The translations under genes were made by a program, and so were the position numbers. A DNA stretch of 64,000 bases, taken from Tubiluchus corallicola (Eukaryota > Animalia > Priapulida). Shown in pieces: positions 51,521 to 64,000 of the stretch. The notes below the pieces were generated by a model. It had not been told where the DNA came from and made no database searches. It saw only the letters and a program-made list of their open reading frames with translations. Each line of letters opens with the position of its first letter. The first letter of the stretch is position 1. Where the stretch lies: contig JAQGDQ010000049.1 of the NCBI GenBank assembly GCA_030141605.1, positions 186,001 through 250,000 of the forward strand, written 5' to 3'.

Positions 51521-51658
51521 TATAAACCCACGTTTAATTAAATTTTGAAACCAAACTTGAAAAATAAAAAATGGAAAAAGTTGTAATGCAGTGGATTTGA
51601 ACAAAGGACTTTCTGTTTATAAGACAAGCGCCACCGTACGCTAGACTACCGTGTTCCC
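51521..51658 (-). mobile_element. tRNA-derived SINE-like element, copy 2
   Basis: Minus strand GGGAACACGG-TAGTCTAGCG (A box)...TGTTCAAATCC (B box); plus strand AAACCCAC..TTAATTAAATT...CCAAACTTGAAA is shared with copy 1. Confidence 0.55.
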
Positions 51659-53852
51659 AACGATTATAACAGTCCAAAGTTAATTCTTTATAACAGAACA
51701 AATAGTTCATCTCAAAGATATGATTAATGAATGTGGAAAGGGTCTACACTGTGTAACTTGAGGAGCAAAATTAAGACTTCAAGCCTACATAACAGAGGAC
51801 AACATAACAATAACAATCTAGCCGTATTTATCTATCAGATAGGGGTTACACAAATGCACCTGCTAGCTATATTACGGCGTTTAATAAAAAAACTAAGTCG
51901 ATGATAATTGGCTCAGAGGAAACACAGGAGCCCAAGTCTGCATGTAACTCGTTCTAATATCGAGGCATTCCGAAAGAAATACTTGGTATAACCGAAGAAT
52001 AAAGACAAACATCTGCGTGTTAAGTTGGAAAAATACGCTTTTCTATAAACAATTTTTTGTTAAGTTGTACCGAATTTCGAAACACGAATCGACTGTACCG
52101 ACAAAACGAAGACACGTGGCCGGGCTTACTTCTATCGCATTACTGGCATTAGCGATCATAACACATACGGATAGGCTGGTATCTGCAAATAGTTTTTGTT
52201 TTCGTGTTGACAAATACGCACCTATTCAGATTTCCGTTTCACCAACACATTGTGAAAAACGAGTGAAGTTAAAAGGGGTTAAGCGCTATATTCATAATAA
52301 AGAAGATTTGCTTTTGTTAAGCAAGGCTTTTGCGAAAACTTGAATTTGGTGCACCAAAAGGATACCTGAAACCCGGGACCCGCTAGTATTTCAAACGGAA
52401 TTAAAAATCCGGGATTGGTAAATTAGTCTGGCATGATAAGTTCTTTTAATCCCGAGATTACAACTCACAACAAGGCATTTAAATCAAAAATAAACCCCAA
52501 AATTCCCATGAATGAACTGTCTAGTAGGTGTGGGTTTACACATTTTTAGCAACTTTTAACTGCATTTTGACGACTTGATTTTGAAGTGTTTAAGGAGTTG
52601 ACGAGTTATCGTGAACACCATACTCCAAAACAGCCAACGTTCATAAGGTGTGGTGCCGAAGCGTCTGGCCCATGTTTTTTGGCGGCAAAACAAGGTGGAT
52701 GAAACTAAACTGTTGTTATGCGATATACCATTCTTGGTGCTTGTTCACCGTTGGACGGTTTCGCCAACCGTGGCTTCAATTTGCATGTCCGGAATTCGTT
52801 GACTTAGTTATCTTTGGCTTCAGTTATCAGTAGTTGAGGAGCAGGTGCTTGACACTCGAAAAATTGGAAGGATTTCTGCCAAAATTTTTGGTGTGTCATC
52901 ACTTCTCGACAACATGACAGCATGACAATTCGTAGTAACAGACTCTGAAATGCGAATGCCAAAAGCTGAACACTTTTGTGTGGTCGTCTAAGGTTAGATT
53001 TTGCGGGAGCTCCCAGATAGATCTTTTCAACTTTACACAAGATTTTCTGTAGTTTCAGGGATTGGTTGTCAAAATCTGTCTGAAAGTTTCCTAGTGAAGG
53101 CCTCTTAATTGCATTTTTACTTGAATTACTGACCTACAAACCTGTTTGTATCTATCAGATCTAGGAACACTAAAAATCAGTTTATTAAATAGTTTTCTAA
53201 ACCACTACACCAGATGTGTACGACGACAAACCATACTATAGGCCAACCAGTGCATGTACTGGCAAACTAGCAAGACATTTTTGAACTTATAGTTCGAGTT
53301 CATTAGAAACCTTTTGTAAATTATGCAAGGCCAAGACATATATTTCAGATTTAGAGCTGCATTTCTCTTCACTAATCTTTCTGAATGTCAGTTAGCTATA
53401 ATAAACATTTATGATCTTAAGATCATACAGGATGCAGAACAGCTGAACTTTATGATCAGCCGTCTTTCTGATTTTCTTAATTTAAAACGGACCACAGGCA
53501 TAGATTCACTAGCTCGTATCAGGTTGTAATACCTTACAATAATATTACATCTTTCTTTTGTTTCATCTCTTTATTTTGCGTGACTAGAAAACGTGTTTAG
53601 CTTCTATTATTATTTAGCTTAAAATTGCAGTCACTACGTTTATTGCATCGCCAACAGGAGTTCTACATAACCAATATTTTACAATGCTTCATTTATGAAG
53701 ATTCATGGATATCATGTTCTGAAGCATAAAGTACAGTAATTCCTTAGTCTACGTCGACTTCATTAACATTTGATTAATCAGACCCGATTGTAGCTGGTTT
53801 ACGTAACAGATATCATTTGAAAACAGACATGAGACTGGAATGTATCTTTCTT

Positions 53853-54098
53853 CATAGGCGTAAGGAGCCGATTTTTCCAGGGGGGAAGGGGGACTGAGCC
53901 TACTCCATGGTCAAAAATGGTCTACTCCATTTCGGCACTTCATTTGGCGAAATGGAAAATTTTCGAAATTTCCTTTTATGAAGTATATTATTTTATTTTT
54001 TCATCATTTGCCCGGTGTCCGAAAAATTTGGTGATTGCACGAAAAAATGTGTTTTCCAAATCACCCACCCTCCCCGCCGCTTGGCTCGTACGCCTATG
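53853..54098. mobile_element. Non-autonomous hAT-type MITE, 246 bp
   Basis: TIRs CATAGGCGTAAGGAGCC / GGCTCGTACGCCTATG; 8-bp TSD TCTTTCTT at 53845-53852 and 54099-54106. Confidence 0.88.
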
Positions 54099-57000
54099 TC
54101 TTTCTTTTGCTTCATTCGTTGTTTTTCCCTGAGCACAATTTGCATTTTATAACTTAATAGTTAAAAACTTGGGCTACTATTATGAAAAAATTATGCAACA
54201 TTCTTCCGTTTTTATGTATCAGCACTATATATCTATTGTTCTAAAAAAGCTTCCAGCAAATGAAAAGTTAGGTAAGAATTTGGGCAAATCGCACCACGAA
54301 TAGTTTTTCATATGTCCGCTACGCTTAAACTATTACATTCTCTGATCTAAATGACACGGATATTTTGTAGGGATTGCATTCTATATGATAATGTTCCTAA
54401 CACAGTGCTGTTGTGAACTTTTTCTATTTGTGACTTATCCTACCATATTTTGTGTTATTCCTCTTACAGTCTTTACTTACTGTAGTATTTTGTTTTTATT
54501 TATTCTTTCATTTCAGCTTTAGACTCACATAGTCTTAAGCTATAAAATACATATAGTTAGAAAAAGATAAAATAAAATTAGTTACATAGGTGAAAAGTAC
54601 AATTTACAAGCAAAGAAAGATTAAAGAAAGGCTAATAAAAATAAAAAAGGTATGTCCACAATATGATACATATATTAAAAGTACATAAAAATTTCATTTT
54701 AGTGTGCGTAGTATCTGTGCTTAATTAGTGATTACGCTTTTGGTGTGCGGCATTTTCATAGGATAGTAGTAAATGTGTTAACATTCTAAAATCTAAAAAA
54801 CAGTATTTTAATGGTACTTTATGGTTTTGTCCTTCAAACCTAAAAGTAATCTACAGTGGCGGAAACTTCTTGTATTATCTTTATTGCTGGAGTTTTTACT
54901 ATTAGTCTTTCTGCGAAGAAAATTACGCTGGTTTCTGTGGTCTTATAGAGATTCTGCATTTATACACTTTTATTCTCTTAGTTCGGTGTCAACTCGGTCG
55001 GTTTTCGCTGCATCACGAAGGCACTTGTGCTGTATTTTTAAATATTTACAGTTGTATATATACAACTCGTTCTTTGGTAAAGGACCATAGATAAATCGCA
55101 GTTTGCACTGTTAATGTTGAGTGCATCTTCGTGTAGAGAGTGACTATGGCCTTCCAAATAACAGTGAACGTGTCAGATCGAAGAAGCAAACGGTTTATCA
55201 TCTTAGGTTTCTCGAGTGCTCACTTAAAGCTCAAGGAAACACTCTTCGTCTTTAAATTTTGTATCGCTTACGTACTGTCTTGCTTGATACAGAGCTTGCG
55301 TTAGCAGTAACGCTGTATAACACTTGTAAATTCAAACTCCTGTGATGACCGCTAGACGCAGTCATTTTTACGGTAGTATAAGTCGTTTGAAACAAGTTTA
55401 GATAAAATTGCGTAAACTTTAAAAAATAATCAGAGCATTCGTAGCACACTCTGTGCTAAGCAAAAGTATAACTTACTATATTGTCAACAAGATCTGTTTT
55501 TTGGTGAAGCAGTGGTGTTCATTTAGATGGTGATGCAGTGATATTTTACCAGTTGGCGCGAACATTTTAAGTTATGTATTGAGAATTTTCTTTTCCAATT
55601 ACGTTAAGTCTTTCAAACAGATAAACATAATGCTATAAAAGACTATAGCTTTGTATGGAAAGTTCTTTAGGATATACTTTGAAATTTCATTTTCCTTTTC
55701 TTTAATACATAATACATATAATACCTATTTTACACAAGAAATGTTTAACTTCAAGAGACTACTCGAGAGACCTAAGATGGTAAACTGTTTGCTGCTTCAG
55801 TTTGACAACTCATTCACTATTATGATTTGCCTGACAATATGGTAACCTAATCTCTAATACTGTTACATGTTTTAGTTATTGTACACGGCTATCTTTCATT
55901 CTATTTCACTTCAAAATCATGCCCCCCCCCCCACACACATACACTACAGAAAACGTCGTTTATACAGCAAATGCAGTTGGCTCTACTACAACTACTCAGA
56001 GCAAACTGGTTGCAGATTTGGTTAATTATCTATTCGTGATATCCGCCTCAATGCTGAGCTATTAGATGCTGATAATCTGGCTTCAATTATCAAGTAAAAA
56101 GAGCATAAGCATCAGTGTTAGTGTGTTGAAACAAGTTAATGCTTTACAGTCTATGAAATCGCAAATAATTCATAGTTTTAATCTTTTGATAATGTATTTG
56201 CTGGTTCACTCAGTGTTTCTTTCCTTCTGTTTACAAGTAGTGATTTAGTCAAATTATCAAAGTTTCTAGATACAGTACAGAATTCAGTGATACGTTATTC
56301 AAAATCTTGCTTATATGGCTGCTCAGCTGCAGCAATATTGATTTGATTTACAGGAACTACAGACTAGTATTATGCCTAGGTTTTATGTTAACGAAAATTT
56401 AAGCTTAATAAGCCAAAAGATGCTAGATTGTAAAGAAAAGTTCACACCTCGCGTTAAATCACAGTTGAAGGCCTATATGACAGCTTTTTTGCGCTTACGT
56501 AAATATCATTGTTTAAGCATTAGGTTTTTTTAATGTTGAAATATTTGCTTGTAGGCTATGAATAGAGTTTGTATTAAAAACTTTTTACACTTAGGGGATT
56601 TGACCGGTATCTGCTTAGTCATTTGAAAGAAAATTTATTGTTAATGCTTCCGAAAGTTGGTTTTGGTTGCGTCTTCCTCTCAACTAACTCGAAAACAAGT
56701 TAGTGCTTTTCTCAGACTTGCCAGGGTCATAAGAGAAGAAAGAGTCAAACTGCCCGTTAAATCTCAAAAAATCTTTATTTTTTCAGGCACCTTTGTCCCA
56801 CCCAGAGAAAATAAAAAAATTTTCAGACCTAAAGAGCGCTTTGTTATTTTTTATTCTTTTTACTTCTCAATTCTTTATTTTTGTTTTTATTAAACCTATC
56901 AGTAGGAAAGAGCGGGAGATTAGACGACTCTTTGGTTCCTCCTTGTCCTGCTCCATGATTGTAATTATCTAATATTTCACTAACACTGTTGCTGTAGACA

Positions 57001-58856
57001 ACATTGGAGAAAATAAATATTCGATGTTATATTATTACCTCGTTAGTTCCTTTGTTCGAACGTTTGCTCTAACCGTTTATTAATTCATTAATTCATTTGT
57101 TCGTTTATTTATTCATTCACTTACAAGACGTCCTTTATGGCAAAACCCGAGCAACAGTTTCTAATTCAACGGCTGGTAAATTAATTTGATAGCGCCCTAA
57201 AGTGCCTCAGAAATCTACATCAAATTATTGACTGTCAAACATTAAGAAGCTTAAACGTCTATAAAATGGCTTCTATCACGCAGCAATGATTATCGGGTGC
57301 TCGAATCTTTTCTATTTTGGGTGTGCAAACGTTTATTTTACTATACTGAAGGACAACAGATACGTGTGCAGCTGCCTCCAACATCCCCTCACCGAGAATC
57401 GCCTTTATCAACAAACTAGCTTGATGCCACCCGGGACCAAGGCATGCTGAGGTCCGATTTATCACTGTGCAACGATCTTGCACAAAAACATGCGACGATT
57501 TTTCAAAAACAAATACGAATAAAATAATGCAAAATTTTCAAATACGGCTATACACAATACTAATCGATTTCTAATAATTATATTTTTGCCAGCTTACTCA
57601 TTGGAAGGTGTTTCCGAATAGGCAAGCACACAGGTGCTTGTAATGCTAGTGTCATAAGCTTATAGTCCTGCTAAACAATCGCCTAGTTATAAATTCACAA
57701 TCATTTCGAGAAAAAACATTACAATTTACAAAGAACACTGCTCAGTGCACCTCGATTTCTCAATCCAGTTACCGAATCGGATGGTCTTAAATTATTCAAA
57801 ATTAAGGGGCTCTCTCTCTCCCGCTTTATTTCTCTCCCGCCCTCTCTTTTCGCTCTCTAACTTTCTGCTTGTCTGTCTGTGTTTCTGTTTCTCTGATTTT
57901 TGGTACCTTGTAAAACGCATTTTTAAACCTAAGAGACTATGCAACGCTCGAATTTCGTTTAAACTTCTCTCCGCAAGCTTTATTGGTGACAGTGATTGCA
58001 GACGACTGCTTTAGTCCATTACAACATTGAAATTTCTTATGAAACCCAATTTGAACGTCACGCTAACGGGAATAGTGGATGGAATCGTCATCAAGCTTAG
58101 GCAGAACGCTTCGAAAAACTTATTAACATTAACAAAAGCTTTCATAAGAACGTTGATAAATCTGTCCCATTTCCTGAAGTGGGGTGAAATTCCTGAATGG
58201 CACAGATTACGCCCCGCTAGTTTTAAAGCGAGAGTAATAGTGTTAATATTACCATGGATGTTTATGTACTACAATAAATCTATACGATCACGTTACTTAC
58301 ATTTGGATTTCAAGAACATTGATTTATTTATTCCTTCAACAAACAACTATATAGAACCAAGACCTTTCATTAACATTTTACTGGAGAAAAGTATTCAGAA
58401 ACCGCTGCATTGGTTGCGCCTCACTGAAGTCGGCTTACCTTGAACCTTCATTGACTACTAATGAATTGAATCAGTCAACGATGTTTAGAGCTTCCGAAGA
58501 CGTGAGTACTGAGACCTTACACATGCTCTTGATAACTCCATTTATGCACAGTGGCACTGGTTAATTCGTTGTTGGCTTCCAAAAAATACTTAATTGCTCT
58601 TAACTTTGTACTTGGTAAACTTTCTAATAGTTCGGTAAAGAGTCTGCAAATCTAACAATATTCAGAGCATGTGACACACGTGCGACTTTCGTCGATTCAA
58701 CTTTTGTCGGTTGCGTTCTAGCACACTAAGAACCCTTTAATGGAAAGTGGAAACTGCGAATTTGTTCAACACCGAAGTTGACATATATCCTAGTGAAATA
58801 ATTTCATTCTGTAATTGGCCATCCCTTTCTTTTCCATTCTCTGCTCTTTTTCTTTT

Positions 58857-59302
58857 GTGCTGTTAAAGTAGTACATGATGCTAAAGCAGTACATGTTGTC
58901 CTTCGCTGTTAAAACCTATATAGTATATGCTATCCTGTGCTGATAAAACAGTACATGCTATCCTGTGCTGTTATAATAGCACATGCCATCCCTTGCTGTT
59001 AAAGTAGTACTTGCTGTCCTGTGCTGTTAAAGCAGTACATGCTGCCCCGTGATGTTAAGTAGCACATGCTGTCACGTGCTGTTAAAGTAGTACATGCTCT
59101 CCCATCCTTTTAAAGTGTACATGATATACTGCGACGTTAAAGTAGTACATGCTGTCTCGCGCTGTTAATGTAGCGCATGCTGTCCCGTTTTGTTAAAGTA
59201 ACGCATGGTGTCCTGCATTGTTAAAGTAGACCATGCTGTCTCGCGTTGTTTAAGTAGTACATGCTGTCCCGCTTTGTTGAAGTATACTGTTGTCCTGTAC
59301 TG
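58857..59302. repeat. About 30-bp minisatellite (TGCTGTTAAAGTAGTACATGCTGTCCCG-like), about 15 copies
   Basis: Direct observation of diverged tandem units. Confidence 0.88.
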
Positions 59303-60320
59303 TCTCAGATATCCATTCCTGTAATGTCATTTTCTTTTAGAGGAGTTTACTTTTCATTTTTCCTTTTCTGCTAGTTCCAGGCGTCCCTTTTCCATTATTT
59401 TACTAACATTCTCTTCCAATTAATTATTTTACTGCCGTTCTCTCCATTTTTGCCATTCCTATAGTCACTATAGCTTTCACTTTTCTCCTCTTGTTTGACT
59501 TCTTATCCACAAAGCAATTCAGCATATGCTGTGCATATCTCGTCATGACTAGATTTCAAACTTTTGAGAATTGGGTACACATGAGTTTTCTGTGACATTG
59601 ATTCCCTTGCAATGGTGAGCTAAGTGAGCTAATATAACAACAGCAGCAGCTTGTAACTTGTGATGTGCAAAGATGAAGCCATGAAAAAAATGTAAACTGA
59701 AATACTGGAGTCTTGCGGATTAATGGCCACAGGTATTCAGGAAAATTTAAGAGTCTACAGCTCATCAGCCATTTTAAAACTCAGATAGTTACTGTAACCA
59801 AAAGAACCATACGGATTAGGAATTCATCGCTCTAGTGTTCCAACAACAGCGATATTTTTTTTACTTTTTGCTGCAGTATTTTTGACACGCGCTGTTTTTG
59901 TCTCTTGTTTGTTTTTTACTGTAGACTGTGCAATATCAGTGAGTGCGCTCTTTTGCGTTAGTTATTTTCTGTGGTATTAATAGACGTCTTAAAGTTACAA
60001 AAGTCAAAAAAAAAGCATTTAACAAACGTTTGCGCTTTTTTCACGCGAAGATTGACCACAGTGGAACTTTTTATTCATTATTTGGATGCATAAAATTCGA
60101 ACAGAGAAGAGACTGTTTGCCGTCACTCTCCAATTAGAAGCAATACCCAATATTGCTTCACTTTTGAAACACACCGTGACAGAAGCCACAATCCTATGCT
60201 CTTCATAATTCGTTCAAACAATATAGGTAGAACGGTGTTACATAGCACACGAAACGACCAAGATACGACATAACACAATGCGATACAACACAGCACAGCA
60301 ACTCAACACAAAACGACAGA

Positions 60321-60654
60321 ATCCAGGAAATTAAGTCACAGGAAAAAAATCACGGATAATAAAGTCACACAAAAAGTTTCAAGAAAACAAATAACCCTAT
60401 CCTTAAGATATTAAACAAAACGCGATTTTTTCTACATACATGTAATGCCACAATATATAAATAGTGTTGTCAATATATACAAGTCATGTATTGCCAGTTA
60501 ATAACTGATGTAAAATATTTTCTGTTTTATTACCATAATTGTTTATGGTACTTAAATAAATCGTGAATTTATTTAAATATTTTTGTTTGATTACCGGACT
60601 CTCTTTCCTAGCCAAAATTGTGACTTTTTTTCTGCGACTTTATTACCGGTCACC
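60321..60654. mobile_element. Degenerate MITE-like element with AAAGTCAC / GTGACTTT subterminal repeats
   Basis: Repeated AAGTCAC units at the left end and inverted GTGACTTT/GCGACTTT units at the right end. Confidence 0.5.
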
Positions 60655-61404
60655 AAATGACATTGCACCATATACAGCCCATGTTCTGGAAGGATCACTC
60701 TCACTCAAGGTCTCTAAGAACTCGTGATATTTTGCTACTCCAACATTATCTTATATAAACTAATGTGCAGTAGGTAAGATTTGTCCAACCAACTGCGGCA
60801 CATCTAGCCTCCAAAATGCGATAGTGGCTTATATGTGAACAGTACACAAGCTCCAGCTCATCCAGACTAGACTTATTTATTTAGCTCACGATTTGAAACA
60901 TTTATTACATTCTAATGGCTTCCCGGTGATACGTACAAGATCGCCTCTTCAAAGACTTCGACTTCCGAATCCCCTGTGCTCAGCGTGCTCCATCCTGACT
61001 TCTAAAGAAAAAGTTTGCTTACGCAAACGCAAGGAAATCCCGAGGTCTTACTGCTCAGCTAAGTAATCAGTTCCTAATCAAAAATAAACAGTTAGCTACC
61101 TTGGTGATAGGAAAAGTTCCGAATGGAACCATGTTGATCGTATTCGTCTAATTCCTAGCACATCAACGCTGGTGGCAGGAAGCTTGCAACCTGAATATAC
61201 TGCTTGTTTCGTGACAAAAGACAGTAAAACCAGTGTAACTGAAGAGTGACTTCTAATGTTTTCATTCTAACATTCAAACAATGGTCTCGTCAAAGTAAAA
61301 TTAAAGTTAGTAGACTAGACAGTCACATTATAATTTATAAATGTATAATTTACAGCATGGTCAATTGTAATTACTCCAGCATACATGTCGTTTCAGGCTT
61401 AATC

Positions 61405-63260
61405 ATGCGGCCCATGTTCGTGAAAGATCCCACAATGCAGCAGGATGGGATGAAGGTTCGGATGGAGGTTCGAGTAAAGGCAGATCCTAGGGCAAGGGCC
61501 ACTTGGTATTTCAACACTCCATCAGAGAAAGATATTGTCAAAGACACAGAACGATACCGAATGAAGTCAGAAGACCAGAAGGATGGTACAACTATATTCA
61601 CATTAGTAATAACGGTAGGACCATTTGCAATTATTTTTAGTTACCATTTTTTTGAAACTTGTAAATCACAATGAGCAACATTCAAATACAGCTGATGACT
61701 GTTAATTATTTTGCAGTCGCCAAAACAGGAAGATGCTGGAACATATCTGATGAAAGCATTTAATAATTTGGGAGAAAACATGGCCAAATTTAATCTTAAT
61801 TTGGGTGGTAAGTGTTGATGTAAATCTCATAATTCACACTGACTTTAACATAATTGTCTAATCATTTGTAATAGTGAAAGTAATTCTGGTAATCATACTG
61901 CAATTGATCTTCAAATTTTTGTGTTGCAAAAAGCAAATTTAACGAGTGGTAAGGTTAATTCTGTTGTTTTATGCAGGCTTAATATAAACACCTAATCGCA
62001 CAAATGTTTGTGGAAACGATTCTTGAACTTAACTGCATATTCCTTTTATGTATAGTGTCAAAGAAACCTCTATAGGTGCCAAGACCATTAGTGGTATTTT
62101 GATTTCAAAATACTCTACAAGAACTATTGGTGGTATTTTGATTTCAAAGTACTCTACATGAGAACAACCACTAATTTGGAGGGTCTTGAAATTACAATGC
62201 TAACTCGTATTATTGATACCTGCGTTTCCTTTGATGGCTAGGGTGCCGTTCTGTTCTGCAAAGTAGATTTTTTGACAAAACACACTCTTTACCTTGACGT
62301 TTATATTTTTATAGTGCCACCGGAAGATGATGGAATAATACCAGAATTTGCAGCCCAGCCCACGATCTCATCAACAGAAGATAACAAAGAGCTGACTATA
62401 GAGTGTTTAGTGAAAGCGAGTCCAAAACCCACAGCCAGTTGGATATTCGATGACAAAACGCTCTTTGACAAAGACAGACACAGGCTCTCCGTAACCTACA
62501 GTGGAAACAATAAGTGGGCATGTCGATTAAAAATACAGGTATATACTTTTGTCCATCTAGCAGTCTTCTGCATGTGGCAAATGAATGACTGTGTTCCCCT
62601 TTTTCACATATTTCCACCGGTTTCGAGGACCGTATTTTCGTATTCATTCTCCATACTTTCTCTTGGATCTGCTGTTTAACTTGCTACACTTGAAACAATA
62701 CACTTGTTTCAAGAAACAAAATCCTCTGCTCTGAAAGAAGTAATCATTAAGTCTATAACTGTTGTACCTTCTAAAGCACTTTACTAAACAAATGCACATT
62801 TGCTTGTGTTTTTTTTTCATCTAAAAGCATTTTAGCTATACTTTGCCAATTCACACAGAGTTTATTTCAAAAAGGCTTTTTTATTGACCTACATTCATTG
62901 ACATTGAATATGATTCATTGAATGACCTACACTCATCCATTTTATTGACCCTATTGATTTACATACACCTGCTATATCTCATTTTCTTTCCTGGTTCAAT
63001 CTTCCCTTCTTCTCTAATCTAAGACTTCTTGAAGAGCAGTTATAATTCAAATGATGCGTAAGTTTATTGTTAGACATTAAATTTTTGCACGTTCAGTATC
63101 CGTACATATTATGTTTTTGAATCACCAATCAGTAAATTTTATGTTGTATTTCAACTATCGAATATTTCAGAACCCAGCAAAAGAGGACGGTGGACGATAC
63201 AAGTGCACAGCCAAGAACAAATGGGGATCCTGCTTTGGTAGTGTAACATTGCAGTTCTAA
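61405..63260 (+). CDS. Small cytoplasmic protein of two I-set Ig domains (DIM-1 / twitchin N-terminal Ig-like muscle protein), about 204 aa; exons 61405(acceptor 61397)-61614, 61717-61807, 62315-62538, 63171-63260
   Basis: RPMFVKDP...EVRVKADPRARATWYF...FTLVIT|SPKQEDAGTYLMKAFNNLGE and IPEFAAQP...IECLVKASPKPTASWIF...CRLKIQ|NPAKEDGGRYKCTAKNKWG are I-set patterns. No signal peptide or TM segment. Start ATG is inferred (ATCATG); a further upstream phase-1 coding exon cannot be excluded. Confidence 0.85.
62084..62160. repeat. Tandem duplication of a unit of about 39 bp
   Basis: GTGGTATTTTGATTTCAAA.TACTCTACA occurs twice. Confidence 0.8.
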
Positions 63261-63883
63261 ACTGTAGTCTACAACTCAAGGGTGTTTATTTTCTACTGCA
63301 TTATCATGAACTCTATCAGCCATTTCAGTACTAGGAATCTGTGAACAGGAATTACAGATATCCCAGCGTAATGTACAATTCAACGGTCTCTACATGCTAT
63401 AGGAAAGCACCAGAGAATGCTCTAAGCTTCTGTCTGTATTTAAGCCCTAGCACTCAATGGCTCAAACGTATACTTGAAAATAACTGGGAATGTGCATTCA
63501 AAAAGAACGAGGCTAAAAGTACAGGTTTGTCAATTAACCGTCACAATTCAATTATCACCAATTGAAGGGTATTTTCTGTAATTGTTTTGTCAGAATGAAT
63601 GACGACTCTGCCATTAAGAGTTACAGCAAATTACAGTAAATCATTGTTACTTAGTTTTAATGTGAAAGCAATTTTGCTTGGAGGAAAATCAAAATCATTG
63701 TACATGTATCTATTTATCAAAGAGTGGAACTTAGTCATAGATTTTCTGAAGAAATAATACATTATAATTTAAAATTGTGTGATATGTTGTTTACTGTTTT
63801 GTGAATTATATGGAATTATTAATAAAGATGTGGCTTGTTGTTATTGTTAGGAAAAATACCACTGTAAAACTGTTTCACTATAT

Positions 63884-63976
63884 GTGAGTGCGTGCGTGCA
63901 ACGTGTACGTGTGTGTGTGTGTGTGCATGCGTGAGTGTGGGTGTGAGTGTGAGCGTGTGCGTGTGCATGTGTGTGT
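63884..63976. repeat. Degenerate (GT)n/(GTGC)n microsatellite
   Basis: Direct observation. Confidence 0.9.
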
Positions 63977-64000
63977 CAAAATCTCAAGAAACATAATCAT

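Noticed and set aside
58027-58443. 138-aa plus-strand ORF
   Set aside because: Non-ATG start, no recognisable motif and no supporting splice chain.
58857-59302. 30-bp periodic array resembling a CRISPR array (also 46157-46338)
   Set aside because: Diverged head-to-tail units with no unique spacers, no cas genes and a eukaryotic context; these are minisatellites.

Overview
AT-rich, intron-rich eukaryotic (invertebrate animal) genomic DNA, not prokaryotic, so most ORFs in the supplied track are spurious or exon fragments. I reconstructed five genes by hand with GT-AG, phase-consistent exon chains. (1) The 3' three coding exons of COQ2 (+). (2) An intronless class A GPCR nested antisense in the last COQ2 intron (-). 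(3) A complete 22-exon mesh/SUSD2-family gene (signal peptide-NIDO-IPT-AMOP-VWD-Sushi-TM-tail, about 1169 aa, -) ending in a class I PDZ-binding motif. (4) Syntenin/SDCBP (3 exons, 318 aa, +), head-to-head with mesh. (5) A small cytoplasmic two-Ig (I-set) DIM-1/twitchin-N-terminus-like gene (+) with a probable MEF2/E-box muscle promoter about 13 kb upstream. Non-coding DNA holds two intact hAT-type MITEs with 8-bp TSDs, a three-copy mini-element with a TTAGGG-like array between inverted repeats, tRNA-derived SINE-like copies, LINE fragments and mini/microsatellites. I found no clear-cut new system. The best leads are the COQ2 134-nt quinone-switch exon, the mesh-syntenin ligand/adaptor pairing, candidate alternative mesh 3' ends and internal promoter, and the telomere-repeat mini-element.
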